Shown here: positions 9,939 through 18,597 of the stretch, one piece after another
Position numbering within the stretch: position 1 is the first letter of the stretch
Layout of the letters: each line of letters begins with the position of its first letter
Origin: Candidatus Spechtbacterales bacterium
GTDB taxonomy: Bacteria > Patescibacteriota > Minisyncoccia > Spechtbacterales > 2-12-FULL-38-22
DNA: 64,000 bases
Assembly: GCA_040879145.1 (NCBI GenBank)
Contig: JBBDKX010000021.1
Coordinates: 29,256-93,255 of the forward strand
Direction: 5' to 3'
The notes under the pieces: model-generated
Seen by the model: the letters and a program-made list of their open reading frames with translations, nothing else
The model's database searches: none
Told to the model about the DNA's origin: nothing
Translations under genes and position numbers: made by a program

Positions 9939-10316
9939 TTAGTCTGAATTTTTTGCTGCAATGACATCTATCTCCAATGTCGCTCCAAGCGGAAGCGATT
10001 GGACACCAACAGCTGTTCTTGCCGGAAGCGGATGTTCAAAGTAATTTCCGTAAACTTTATTTAGCGCAGATAGCTCCCTAAGATCTGTCAGGTATAAATG
10101 AACCCTGATGACATCCGCCAACGTTAGTTCTGCTTCTGCAAGTATCTTTTCAATACGGCGTACCGTAATCTCAAATTTTTCTTCAATTGAGTCGCCGATA
10201 ATATTCCATTCGTCATCGGCATGAATTTGACCAGATATAAATACAAGGCCATTGACTTCAACAGCTCCCGACAACGGGGCTCCTGATTCTTCAGATGATT
10301 GATAAACCTGTTTCAT
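9939..10316 (-). CDS. ridA: RidA/YjgF family reactive-intermediate deaminase
   Basis: 125 aa; YjgF/chorismate-mutase-like pattern (ARTAVGVQSLPLGATLEIDVIA). Confidence 0.85.
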   Translation of the reverse strand: MKQVYQSSEESGAPLSGAVEVNGLVFISGQIHADDEWNIIGDSIEEKFEITVRRIEKILAEAELTLADVIRVHLYLTDLRELSALNKVYGNYFEHPLPARTAVGVQSLPLGATLEIDVIAAKNSD

Positions 10317-10337
10317 GATTTTGTTTAAATCTTATTT

Positions 10338-10729
10338 TGGCGGTGTTTTTTGATTGATGTTCGAACTTTTTTTGAGGAAAACCCCCAATAAGGAAGCCAG
10401 CCCCGCCACGGCTCGGAAACCTCGCCACACCACAGAAAAATACTCTTTGCTCTTTTCATTTTGCGCGCGCCGGATTTCTTTTTCTTCTAATGAAAAGAGT
10501 ATTTTTCTGCGGTGTTCTGCCCTCCAAGTATTCGGGCAGGTGGCGGGGCTGTCCTCAATTTGATTTCGTAAAGAAAAAGCGGAATTCCCCCCAAACCCCC
10601 CTTCCGCTTTTTCTTTTCTCAAACGGAACGGGAACGGAAGCAGTCGGGCAAAAATTCCTTCCCCCCAAACCCCTTCCTTTTTGCCCGCCTGCTTGGGCTT
10701 CGCCCACAAAACTTTTCGGCGGGACGGCG
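10338..10729. repeat. 392-bp inverted repeat, copy 1 (IR-A1); GC-rich, highly self-complementary; partner at 20572-20964
   Basis: Reverse complement matches 20572..20964 with only a few mismatches; ends in TTGGCGGTG. Confidence 0.9.
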
Positions 10730-11467
10730 TTATTTTATCAAATTCCAATTATCGAGGAAATATCCCATTTCGTGATCTTTATTTCCGAGATACACTTTTT
10801 CGTCTCTAAATTTGATATTCACTCGATAGCGTTTTCCATGCCCGACTTCCAAAATGGCTTTTTCGTGGACTTTCTTTTCAACTTCATGAAATGGCAAAAT
10901 CAAAAAATTGTTTTTCTTCTCGCCGTGCAAAACAAAAATATAGTAAATATTTCCGTTGCTGTGGCGTTCAAAAGACACTTTGCGAATATCAAAAACATAA
11001 GTATCAAAACTATTCAAATTTGAGGTTTTAACCTGTATGCCAAACAATTGATTTTCTTTGACCGCCACAATATCCATTCCCACATCTACGCTCATTATAC
11101 TGGCGTTGAAACCACGAAAAAGCAACTCGCTACAAACTAAATACTCGCCAGCTTTTCCGGTAAATCCACCAGCAATAACAATTTTTTCTTCTTCCTCTTT
11201 TTCCGCTTCAATAATCTTTGGCGTTTCTTTGATTTCTTTTTTGTTTGGATTGAGCGCAAAAGTTCCGGGTGCGGTTTTGATAAAATCCGAGCCTTCAACT
11301 TTGGTTTTAATATCTACCGTGATTTGCGCGTTCATTGATGCTTCTGGTGTTGCGCCTTCTGTTTCCAAAATACCAGACTCCAAAGCCAACCGAGTGATTT
11401 CGGTATAATGCAAGGGCGTTTTTGCCTTTTTCAATATTTCAATTGCCGATTGTTTGAATGTGTTCAT
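10730..11467 (-). CDS. HARE-HTH (Mrr_N-like winged helix) + restriction-endonuclease-fold protein; candidate Mrr-like nuclease
   Basis: N-term SAIEILKKAKTPLHYTEITRLALESG...GSDFIKTAPGTFAL (HARE-HTH); middle GEYLVCSELLFRG...DVGMDIVAVKE...IQVKT resembles a PD-(D/E)xK core; translationally coupled to upstream gene. Confidence 0.5.
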   Translation of the reverse strand: MNTFKQSAIEILKKAKTPLHYTEITRLALESGILETEGATPEASMNAQITVDIKTKVEGSDFIKTAPGTFALNPNKKEIKETPKIIEAEKEEEEKIVIAGGFTGKAGEYLVCSELLFRGFNASIMSVDVGMDIVAVKENQLFGIQVKTSNLNSFDTYVFDIRKVSFERHSNGNIYYIFVLHGEKKNNFLILPFHEVEKKVHEKAILEVGHGKRYRVNIKFRDEKVYLGNKDHEMGYFLDNWNLIK

Positions 11468-11468
11468 A

Positions 11469-12755
11469 TTATTCTAAGGTTTTATCGTTATCAGAAAGCT
11501 CTGCAAATTTAGCTTCCATTGTGGGATTTCCGCGCGTTAGTCTTTTGATTGTTAAATCTTCAGCTTTATTATTGGCAAGGCGAAGATTATTTTCAGAAGA
11601 CAAGAGAGCGTCTTTAGTTTTTTGAAGATGATCAATGGTTCTGTCTATTTCTTCAATAGCGGTTTTAAATTTGCGACTAGCAAGATCATAATTTTTGGCA
11701 AAACCTTCTTTAAACTTATTTATATTATCCTCAAAGTTTGTTATATCAACATTTTGGCTTTTAACTAAAGCGAGTTCAGCTTTATATTTCAGTGAGTTCA
11801 TCGCCGCGTTGCGAAGCAAGGTAATAATTGGAATGAAAAATTGTGGACGAACAACATACATTTTGGGGTATTTATGAGCAACATCAACAATTCCGGTGTT
11901 GTATAGCTCATTTTCAGCTTCCAAAAGCGAAACAAGAACGGCATACTCGCATTTCTTTTCAGTACGATCTTTGTCTAGTTCTCGCAAAAAATCGTCGTTT
12001 CGTTTTTTTGTAGCAGTTTCATCTCCCTCATTCTTCATCTCAAACATGATTGAGATAATTTCATTGCCGGTTTCGTCGGTCTCTCGATAAACATAATCAC
12101 CCTTACTTCCTGTTTTTGAATCGTTATCTTTTTCAAAATAAGCGTGTTGAAAAGCAGTCGCGCGAAGTTTGTTAAATTCGGTTTCGCAATGCTGTTCAAG
12201 TGTTTCCCCAACCATTTTGGTTGAGAGCTTGAGCTTCATATCTTTGCGAAGGGCGATCTCATCATCTTTCATCTTTATAATATCGTCTTTGGTTTTAAGA
12301 TCGGCTAAATACTTTTCAAGCAATGATTTTTCCAGCAGTTGTTTTTCGGTTTCTTTGCTTTTTAGGTCATTAGCCAGATCATCACGCTCTTTTTCAATCT
12401 TTTTGACTGCTTCGGTAACACTGAGTTTTTTCTCTACCTCAGATTTATCAATCTTTGATTTCATTTCGGCGAGTTCAGCTTCCTTCTTCGCCAATTGTTC
12501 AGCAAGACTGCGATCCTTCTCGGCTCTTAACTCCACCAGTTCTTTATCTTTCTTCGCGAGTTCGTCTTGTAATGTATTTTTGAGATTGGATTCGGCTAAT
12601 TTAACAGCACTTTCTTTTTCCTTTTCCGCAATATTTAATCGCTCACGCAATTCTTCTTCAAATTTATGATCACGAACCTGTTTGAGGATATCAGCAAAAC
12701 CAGCCTCATCGACTTTGAAAACTTTTTTACAATTTGGACATATAATATCTTGCAT
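11469..12755 (-). CDS. DUF2130-like protein: N-terminal zinc ribbon, long coiled coil, C-terminal globular (RmuC/nuclease-like) domain
   Basis: [20 protein letters not shown], then about 200 aa of Glu/Lys coiled coil, C-terminal [22 protein letters not shown]; 18 nt after hsdR. Confidence 0.5.
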   Translation of the reverse strand: MQDIICPNCKKVFKVDEAGFADILKQVRDHKFEEELRERLNIAEKEKESAVKLAESNLKNTLQDELAKKDKELVELRAEKDRSLAEQLAKKEAELAEMKSKIDKSEVEKKLSVTEAVKKIEKERDDLANDLKSKETEKQLLEKSLLEKYLADLKTKDDIIKMKDDEIALRKDMKLKLSTKMVGETLEQHCETEFNKLRATAFQHAYFEKDNDSKTGSKGDYVYRETDETGNEIISIMFEMKNEGDETATKKRNDDFLRELDKDRTEKKCEYAVLVSLLEAENELYNTGIVDVAHKYPKMYVVRPQFFIPIITLLRNAAMNSLKYKAELALVKSQNVDITNFEDNINKFKEGFAKNYDLASRKFKTAIEEIDRTIDHLQKTKDALLSSENNLRLANNKAEDLTIKRLTRGNPTMEAKFAELSDNDKTLE

Positions 12756-12773
12756 ATTGATTATTTTATTTTG

Positions 12774-15700
12774 TTATAACTTACCACCTGAAATATCAAA
12801 GAATCGCTCAAAGAAACTTGTTAGCTTATACAAAACACTTTCTCGTTTCTGTGTTCTTTCACCAGTTGGAGAAAATCGAGACACGGGCGGTAATACTTTT
12901 GATATCGCAGTACCAGTTGTTGCAACGCTTCCGTCTCGAAAAGCATTTTTTATAAATTTATAGGTTGCCTCTTTATCAAGATTTTCATTTTCAATAATTT
13001 TTTCCAATTCCTCAATCTTCTTTTCTTCTACAAATTTTTGCCAATCTTCATCAACAATTGAATGCACATCAAGAGAGGTAATAAATTGATTAATGAGATC
13101 CTTTTTATTTCGGAGTTCAACGCTAGAATCAATCGCTTTATTAATATCAACCAAAAGTTCTTTATTCTTTGTATGATCTTCGTGATATCTTTTTATAAGC
13201 CCTAAAATATAATCAATATTAATCTCGACTTGCTTAATAAGCTCCATTTCAAAGACTAGATCGTCATTAACATTTTCTTGTTCTCCATCAACACCTTTGC
13301 GAAATTCATTATACAAATCAATATACATGCTGTGATAATCCTGCACATCACGCTCGGTCAGAATTTCATTACCTGCGAATTCATCAAAAGTTGTCAGGAT
13401 ATTTCGCACACGCAAAACCGCTCCATATAATTTGATAAAATCTTTTTGGTTCTGTTCTCCAACAATACTTTCACCGACTGGAAATTTCTCTAAAAGTTCG
13501 TCTATTAAACTTTTGTAACCCCGGACTTGTTTTTCGCCGTCTTTATAGCCATTGTAATAATCGGCATAGGCTTTCAGCAGGACAATGCCACATGCTTCTT
13601 TGTCTCCAAAAAGTGCAATAGATTCGTTAGTTGCTTTTTCTAGGTTGCGAAAACAAACAATATTTCCAAAGGTTTTTACACTGTTTAAAATGCGGTTTGT
13701 TCTGGAAAATGCTTGTAACAATCCATGTAAACGAAGATTTTTATCAACCCATAAAGTATTAAGAGTTGTTGCGTCAAATCCGGTCAAAAACATGTTTACC
13801 ACAATCAAAATATCTATTTCTCTTTTTTTAACTCTTTCGCTTACATCTTTATAATAATTTTGAAACTTATCTGACGAAGTATCATAGGAAGTTCCAAACA
13901 TCTTGTTATAATCAACGATAGCTTTTTCCAGAAAATCTCGAGAGCTGACATCAAGTCCGCTCGTATCTTCAGAATTTTCATCAATCATTCCGTCCGCGTC
14001 TTCATCATTGACCCCAAAACTAAAAATCGTAGCTATTTTAAGTCGTTTGTCGCTTGGCTCGTCGGTTAGTTGCTTTTTAAATTCAAGATAATACTTTTTT
14101 GCCACATCAATAGACGAAACGGCAAAAATAGAATTAAATCCCGCCAGTCTGCGATCCTGAATTTTATAAAAACTATTTCGTTTTGTCTTTTGGTCAAAAT
14201 GTTCTCGAATATATCGGACAATATTTTCCAGTCGCTCTGGGGCGCAAAGTATAGCCTCGCGATCAATATCTTTCACTTTTGCATCTTCAATATTTTCCGC
14301 TTCACGAACTGTAGAAACATAATCAACCTTAAACGGCAAAACATTTTTGTCAGCAATTGCATTGACGATTGTGTAAGTGTGCAATTTTTCTCCAAAAGCT
14401 TGTTCGGTAGTTTTGAAATCAATGCGACCGCCAGATGAAGAATTTACCGCAAAAATTGGCGTGCCGGTAAAGCCAAAAAGATGATAATTGTTAAATGCTT
14501 TGACGATACTCGCATGCATATCGCCAAATTGTGAACGATGGCACTCGTCAAAAATCAAAACAATATGTCCGTCAAAAATAGTGTGTCCAGAGTTTCGATT
14601 GATAAATCTGTCTAATTTTTGAATCGTTGTAATAATTATCCGAGAATTAGAATTTTCTAATTGTTTTTTCAAAATAGCGGTACTGGTATTGCTATTCGCC
14701 GCCCCTTTTTCAAATTTGTCATACTCTCGCATTGTTTGATAGTCCAAATCCTTACGATCAACTACAAATAAAACTTTATCTACATAAGGTAATTTGCTGA
14801 CGAGTTGAGCGGTTTTAAAACTGGTCAAAGTCTTTCCCGAACCTGTCGTATGCCAAATATAACCGCCTGCTTCTATTGTCCCTAGTTTTTTATAATTTGT
14901 ACTAACCTCAACTCTGCTCAATATTCGTTCGGTAGCAACTATTTGATATGGTCGCATCGCTAAAAGCTGTTTATCGGTAGTAAACACACAATATTTAGTC
15001 AAAATATTCAAAATCGTATGCTTGGCAAAAAATGTCTTGGCAAAATCCATCAGCTCGGTAATTGGTTTATTTGTCGCGTCTGCCCACCAGCTCGTAAATT
15101 CAAAACTATTGCTCGATCTTTTTCCTTTTTTGATTTTGCCTTCGCTTGCTTCTTTTATGTGCTGTGATCTGGTTGTATTGCTGTAATATTTGGTATGCGT
15201 TCCATTGGAAATAATAAAAAGTTGTACATATTCAAAAAGTCCGCTGGATGCCCAAAAACTTTCTCGTTGGTAACGATTGATTTGATTAAATGCTTCTTGG
15301 ATGGCGACACCACGGCGTTTTAGCTCGATATGAACAAGAGGAAGTCCGTTTACCAGAACTGTCACATCATAACGATTCACTCGCTGTCCGTCCTCGGTCG
15401 CATATTGATTGATCACCTGCAAGCTGTTGTTGTGAATATTTTTCTTGTCTATTAGATCAATATTCTTAAAAGTGCCGTCATCTCGGTCTAATATTTTTGT
15501 GCTATCTTCTTGAATAGTGGCGGTTTTTTCTTCAATGCTTTGATTTGGATTGGCAATAATACTGACAAAAAACTTTCCCCATTCGGTATCGGTAAAAGTA
15601 AAATTATTTAGTTTTTCCAACTGTTGACGCAGATTAAGAACAAGCTCATTTTCAGAAGTGATTTTCAAATATTCGTATGCTTGCGTTTCTAATTGTTTTA

Positions 15701-15827
15701 TAAAAACACTCTCAAGATCGGCTTCACTTTGGTAGTGAGCCACTCTTTTGGTATCTGGAACATACTCGGCAACAACCGTGCTTTGAGTGCTTTCGGCGAC
15801 TAAGTTGTATTTATTCTTATTTGGCAT
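12774..15827 (-). CDS. hsdR: Type I restriction enzyme R subunit (HsdR)
   Basis: 1017 aa; HsdR_N, helicase motif I HTTGSGKTLT, motif II FDECHRSQ, C-terminal HsdR_C; overlaps hsdS by 11 nt. Confidence 0.9.
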   Translation of the reverse strand: MPNKNKYNLVAESTQSTVVAEYVPDTKRVAHYQSEADLESVFIKQLETQAYEYLKITSENELVLNLRQQLEKLNNFTFTDTEWGKFFVSIIANPNQSIEEKTATIQEDSTKILDRDDGTFKNIDLIDKKNIHNNSLQVINQYATEDGQRVNRYDVTVLVNGLPLVHIELKRRGVAIQEAFNQINRYQRESFWASSGLFEYVQLFIISNGTHTKYYSNTTRSQHIKEASEGKIKKGKRSSNSFEFTSWWADATNKPITELMDFAKTFFAKHTILNILTKYCVFTTDKQLLAMRPYQIVATERILSRVEVSTNYKKLGTIEAGGYIWHTTGSGKTLTSFKTAQLVSKLPYVDKVLFVVDRKDLDYQTMREYDKFEKGAANSNTSTAILKKQLENSNSRIIITTIQKLDRFINRNSGHTIFDGHIVLIFDECHRSQFGDMHASIVKAFNNYHLFGFTGTPIFAVNSSSGGRIDFKTTEQAFGEKLHTYTIVNAIADKNVLPFKVDYVSTVREAENIEDAKVKDIDREAILCAPERLENIVRYIREHFDQKTKRNSFYKIQDRRLAGFNSIFAVSSIDVAKKYYLEFKKQLTDEPSDKRLKIATIFSFGVNDEDADGMIDENSEDTSGLDVSSRDFLEKAIVDYNKMFGTSYDTSSDKFQNYYKDVSERVKKREIDILIVVNMFLTGFDATTLNTLWVDKNLRLHGLLQAFSRTNRILNSVKTFGNIVCFRNLEKATNESIALFGDKEACGIVLLKAYADYYNGYKDGEKQVRGYKSLIDELLEKFPVGESIVGEQNQKDFIKLYGAVLRVRNILTTFDEFAGNEILTERDVQDYHSMYIDLYNEFRKGVDGEQENVNDDLVFEMELIKQVEINIDYILGLIKRYHEDHTKNKELLVDINKAIDSSVELRNKKDLINQFITSLDVHSIVDEDWQKFVEEKKIEELEKIIENENLDKEATYKFIKNAFRDGSVATTGTAISKVLPPVSRFSPTGERTQKRESVLYKLTSFFERFFDISGGKL

Positions 15828-16998
15828 ATTCTTTTTCTTTGAAAGTTAGAAGTTTCCCTCGGTAGTATTCATATTGTGATCGACGAGCTTTGAGTTCAGC
15901 CGGTAAGCCAATTGAAATATCATTTACAAGGGCATCAAATTTGTCGAGGATTGAAACAATTCGTTTTTGTTCGGGTAAGAGTGGAATAGGAATTTTAAAC
16001 TCTTTTACCTTGGCATCTGAAATTGATGGATATGCAGAACCTTCTTGCTTCTGTTCAACATAATCATTAAAACGACTAGAAGCAATATTGAAATATATCC
16101 ATTTTGGCAGAACTTTTTTTTCATCTGCTCTTAAAACACAATATCCAGTACTTGCAATCTGCCCGTCATAAACATCATCAATTAGAGTATATCGTCGTAG
16201 GGTTGGACGAGTGGTTGCAAAAATCACATCATCTTTTTGTATAAGTTTTTGCGCTCTACTAGGTGCGTTATTTGAATTAATTTCAACAGTTTCATTTATA
16301 CTATGATCATCACGGCTAACAGATGTTAAATCAATATATTTATAAATTTTGTCTATTTCTTTCCATTTTATATTTTGAGTTGAGAATGTTACTTCCCCCA
16401 AAGTTTTATATTCTACATCTTTTATATTCAACAAATCATCTCGATAATGCTCATACTGCTTCTTCCTCGCCTCCAGCTCTGCCTCCAGCTCTGCCTCCAG
16501 CTCTGTAAAACTATCAAGAATTTTGACGATTTCTTGTTGGACTGGGAGGGGTGGGATGGGGATTTTGATTTTTTCCATTACATTACTCATTATCTTGGGA
16601 TTTCCCATTCCAGCACTAACATATTTTTTAGATAATGTCGCCAAGATATATGAAAGGAACTTCATGTTCACATTCCTATCTTTAGCTTTCAAAAGTCCGC
16701 AAACATTCGTAATACTAAATTTTCCGTTACGATAGAAAATTGAACCAGCATATGCTCCGTCAGTTGTCCAAGTTATATACTCACCGTCATAGTCATAAGT
16801 ATTGATGCGACCAAAAACACCGTTGTCCGCTGTTTGAGATGAATACACTGGATACTCGCCGGCATTTTCATTCAAATAATCTTTTGACATTACTCTCCCG
16901 CGATTGATTTGGCAGATTTCACCAATACTCTTTAACTCAATCCCATTCGGGCAAAGTTCAGCAATTAGTTTTTCGATTTTAGATTGATTAGTTATCAT
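15817..16998 (-). CDS. hsdS: Type I restriction-modification specificity subunit (HsdS), two target-recognition domains
   Basis: 393 aa; conserved central region LPPLPVQQEIVKILDSFTELEAELEAELEARKKQYEHYRDDLL and C-terminal LPEQKRIVSILDKFDALV...LKARRSQYEYYRGKLL. Confidence 0.85.
   Translation of the reverse strand: MITNQSKIEKLIAELCPNGIELKSIGEICQINRGRVMSKDYLNENAGEYPVYSSQTADNGVFGRINTYDYDGEYITWTTDGAYAGSIFYRNGKFSITNVCGLLKAKDRNVNMKFLSYILATLSKKYVSAGMGNPKIMSNVMEKIKIPIPPLPVQQEIVKILDSFTELEAELEAELEARKKQYEHYRDDLLNIKDVEYKTLGEVTFSTQNIKWKEIDKIYKYIDLTSVSRDDHSINETVEINSNNAPSRAQKLIQKDDVIFATTRPTLRRYTLIDDVYDGQIASTGYCVLRADEKKVLPKWIYFNIASSRFNDYVEQKQEGSAYPSISDAKVKEFKIPIPLLPEQKRIVSILDKFDALVNDISIGLPAELKARRSQYEYYRGKLLTFKEKEYAK
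16468..16503. repeat. 12-bp tandem repeat x3 (CGCCTCCAGCTC / TGCCTCCAGCTC x2) encoding (ELEA)n in hsdS central conserved region
   Basis: Directly visible in sequence; in-frame 4-aa repeat ELEAELEAELEA. Confidence 0.9.
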
Positions 16999-18593
16999 AA
17001 TTTTTTAAGTGAATCGACATCGCTTTCTATATATCCTCTTAAGATATCAATTGACTCTTTCAGTTTTTCATCAAAATCACCCTTCTTGTTTGCCGGATAA
17101 TGGATACAATTTCTAATAAATGTTGGCAATGTTACTTTCGCATTTTTTACTTTAGGTTTACTTGTATCAGTACAGTCTTTTTCAGCTTTTTTTATTTGTT
17201 TGAGATATTGTTCATCAAAAGCATTTATACCTATACTTTCAATATGCTTTGATTCATCTTTTTCTTTAGAGTTCTTGTCATTAACAAACCAATCTCTTAA
17301 TTTATCGTAAAGTTCGTTGTGGTATTGTTCATCTAAAATGTCGAAAACTTCATATGACACTTCTGCATAGCTTGTTTGTTTTTTACCTAATTCATCAACC
17401 TCTCGTACATTTGTATATTCTTCATTATTTTGATTTTTTATCTTTTCAACTCGATAATATCTACCCAAATCTTTTTTATCAATCATGTAGTTCGAGTGTG
17501 TGGCGAATAAAACAATATTACTTTTGCTATTGTTTGTAATCTCTACAAGCTGAGCAAGTAAATGCTCTTGTGCTTTTGGATGTAAATGTGTTTCAGGCTC
17601 ATCAAGTAAAATAATTGTATTTTGCAGTTCCTCATTTTTATTTTCTGCAACGACAGTTAATAAAAAAGAAATGAATTGCTTAAAACCATCACTCCGCATG
17701 TCTGATGTCTGAGCTTTTCCTTCTGTATCAATATCTTTAACATGAAAATTAATATGCCCATCCATTATCTTAAATGTAATTTCTATAGGATGTTTGGGCC
17801 AAGCTGTATTAATATGCTCTGTTACATTTTTGCCAAGTCTCTTTTCAAGATATTCACAAGTTGGAGTATCAGCTAAAGCATCCTCTAGTTCCTGTTTTAT
17901 TTTATCTTGAGAAATTGAAGATAGTAAAAAACAGTTTCTCAGAGGTATTGAGGTGTTTGTGTCATTAATAAACTGTTCAATATTTATCGGTTTTGAAATT
18001 AGATAACGATCTTCTGCAGTCCAGAAAATTGTTTTATGTACATTTTCCTCTATAAAGTTATCAAATTCATCTTTGTTATTGATTTCAATTTCTTGATCTC
18101 CTTCAAAAACTGAAGTTGAATATTCAGGATCAGCACTAGCCTTAGAAAAACTAATAACATAATCTGCAATCAAAGAGCTCAAAATTTTATTCTTTGGTTT
18201 TTTAACTTCCTTAATTTTACTATCTTCAACATCTTGCGTCTGCCCACCTTCTATAGCAGAAACTTCTTTTTCTAAATTTGGGACTGGATTATCAACAGAA
18301 TCTTCTTTATTTAAAATCTCGTACAATTCCTTATCCTCTTTCGAAGTAATACTATATCGATAAGTAATTTTTATTTCTTCTTTTAATCTAAAGTCTTTTA
18401 ATAATGGAAGTTTTGTACCAGAGTCGTCAACTAATCCATCTTTTAAGCCAATCGCTTTTAATATAGATGATTTACCAGCTTCATTTATTCCTATTAATCC
18501 GTAAGTGAAACTATTGTCATCTCTTTTGATTATGTTAAAAGGAGTTTCTTTTATACTTCTATAATTTTCAATTGTAATTTTTGTGATTTTCAT
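16995..18593 (-). CDS. ABC/SMC-like AAA ATPase (OLD/AAA_15-like head) with about 130-aa C-terminal domain of unknown function, embedded between hsdM and hsdS
   Basis: Start reassigned to MKITKITIENYRSIK (ATG 18593, 4 nt after hsdM stop); Walker A GINEAGKSSILKAIGL; Walker B ILLDEPETHLHP; ATHSNYMID. Confidence 0.7.
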   Translation of the reverse strand: MKITKITIENYRSIKETPFNIIKRDDNSFTYGLIGINEAGKSSILKAIGLKDGLVDDSGTKLPLLKDFRLKEEIKITYRYSITSKEDKELYEILNKEDSVDNPVPNLEKEVSAIEGGQTQDVEDSKIKEVKKPKNKILSSLIADYVISFSKASADPEYSTSVFEGDQEIEINNKDEFDNFIEENVHKTIFWTAEDRYLISKPINIEQFINDTNTSIPLRNCFLLSSISQDKIKQELEDALADTPTCEYLEKRLGKNVTEHINTAWPKHPIEITFKIMDGHINFHVKDIDTEGKAQTSDMRSDGFKQFISFLLTVVAENKNEELQNTIILLDEPETHLHPKAQEHLLAQLVEITNNSKSNIVLFATHSNYMIDKKDLGRYYRVEKIKNQNNEEYTNVREVDELGKKQTSYAEVSYEVFDILDEQYHNELYDKLRDWFVNDKNSKEKDESKHIESIGINAFDEQYLKQIKKAEKDCTDTSKPKVKNAKVTLPTFIRNCIHYPANKKGDFDEKLKESIDILRGYIESDVDSLKKL

Positions 18594-18597
18594 AAAT

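Noticed and set aside
10338-10729. Group II intron domain V / retron msr-msd within IR-A
   Set aside because: No GAGC...GTACGG D5 consensus, no reverse transcriptase ORF nearby.
10332-10748. 138-aa ORF, and longer ORFs 20457..21218 and 10490..11023, reading through the 392-bp inverted repeats
   Set aside because: Low-complexity Arg/Lys/Gly-rich translation, no start context, conserved only because the nucleotide repeat is duplicated; more likely non-coding.
16444-16510. Possible CRISPR-like short repeats (CTGCCTCCAGCT x3)
   Set aside because: Repeats are contiguous 12-mers without spacers and lie in-frame inside hsdS; this is a coding SSR, not CRISPR.
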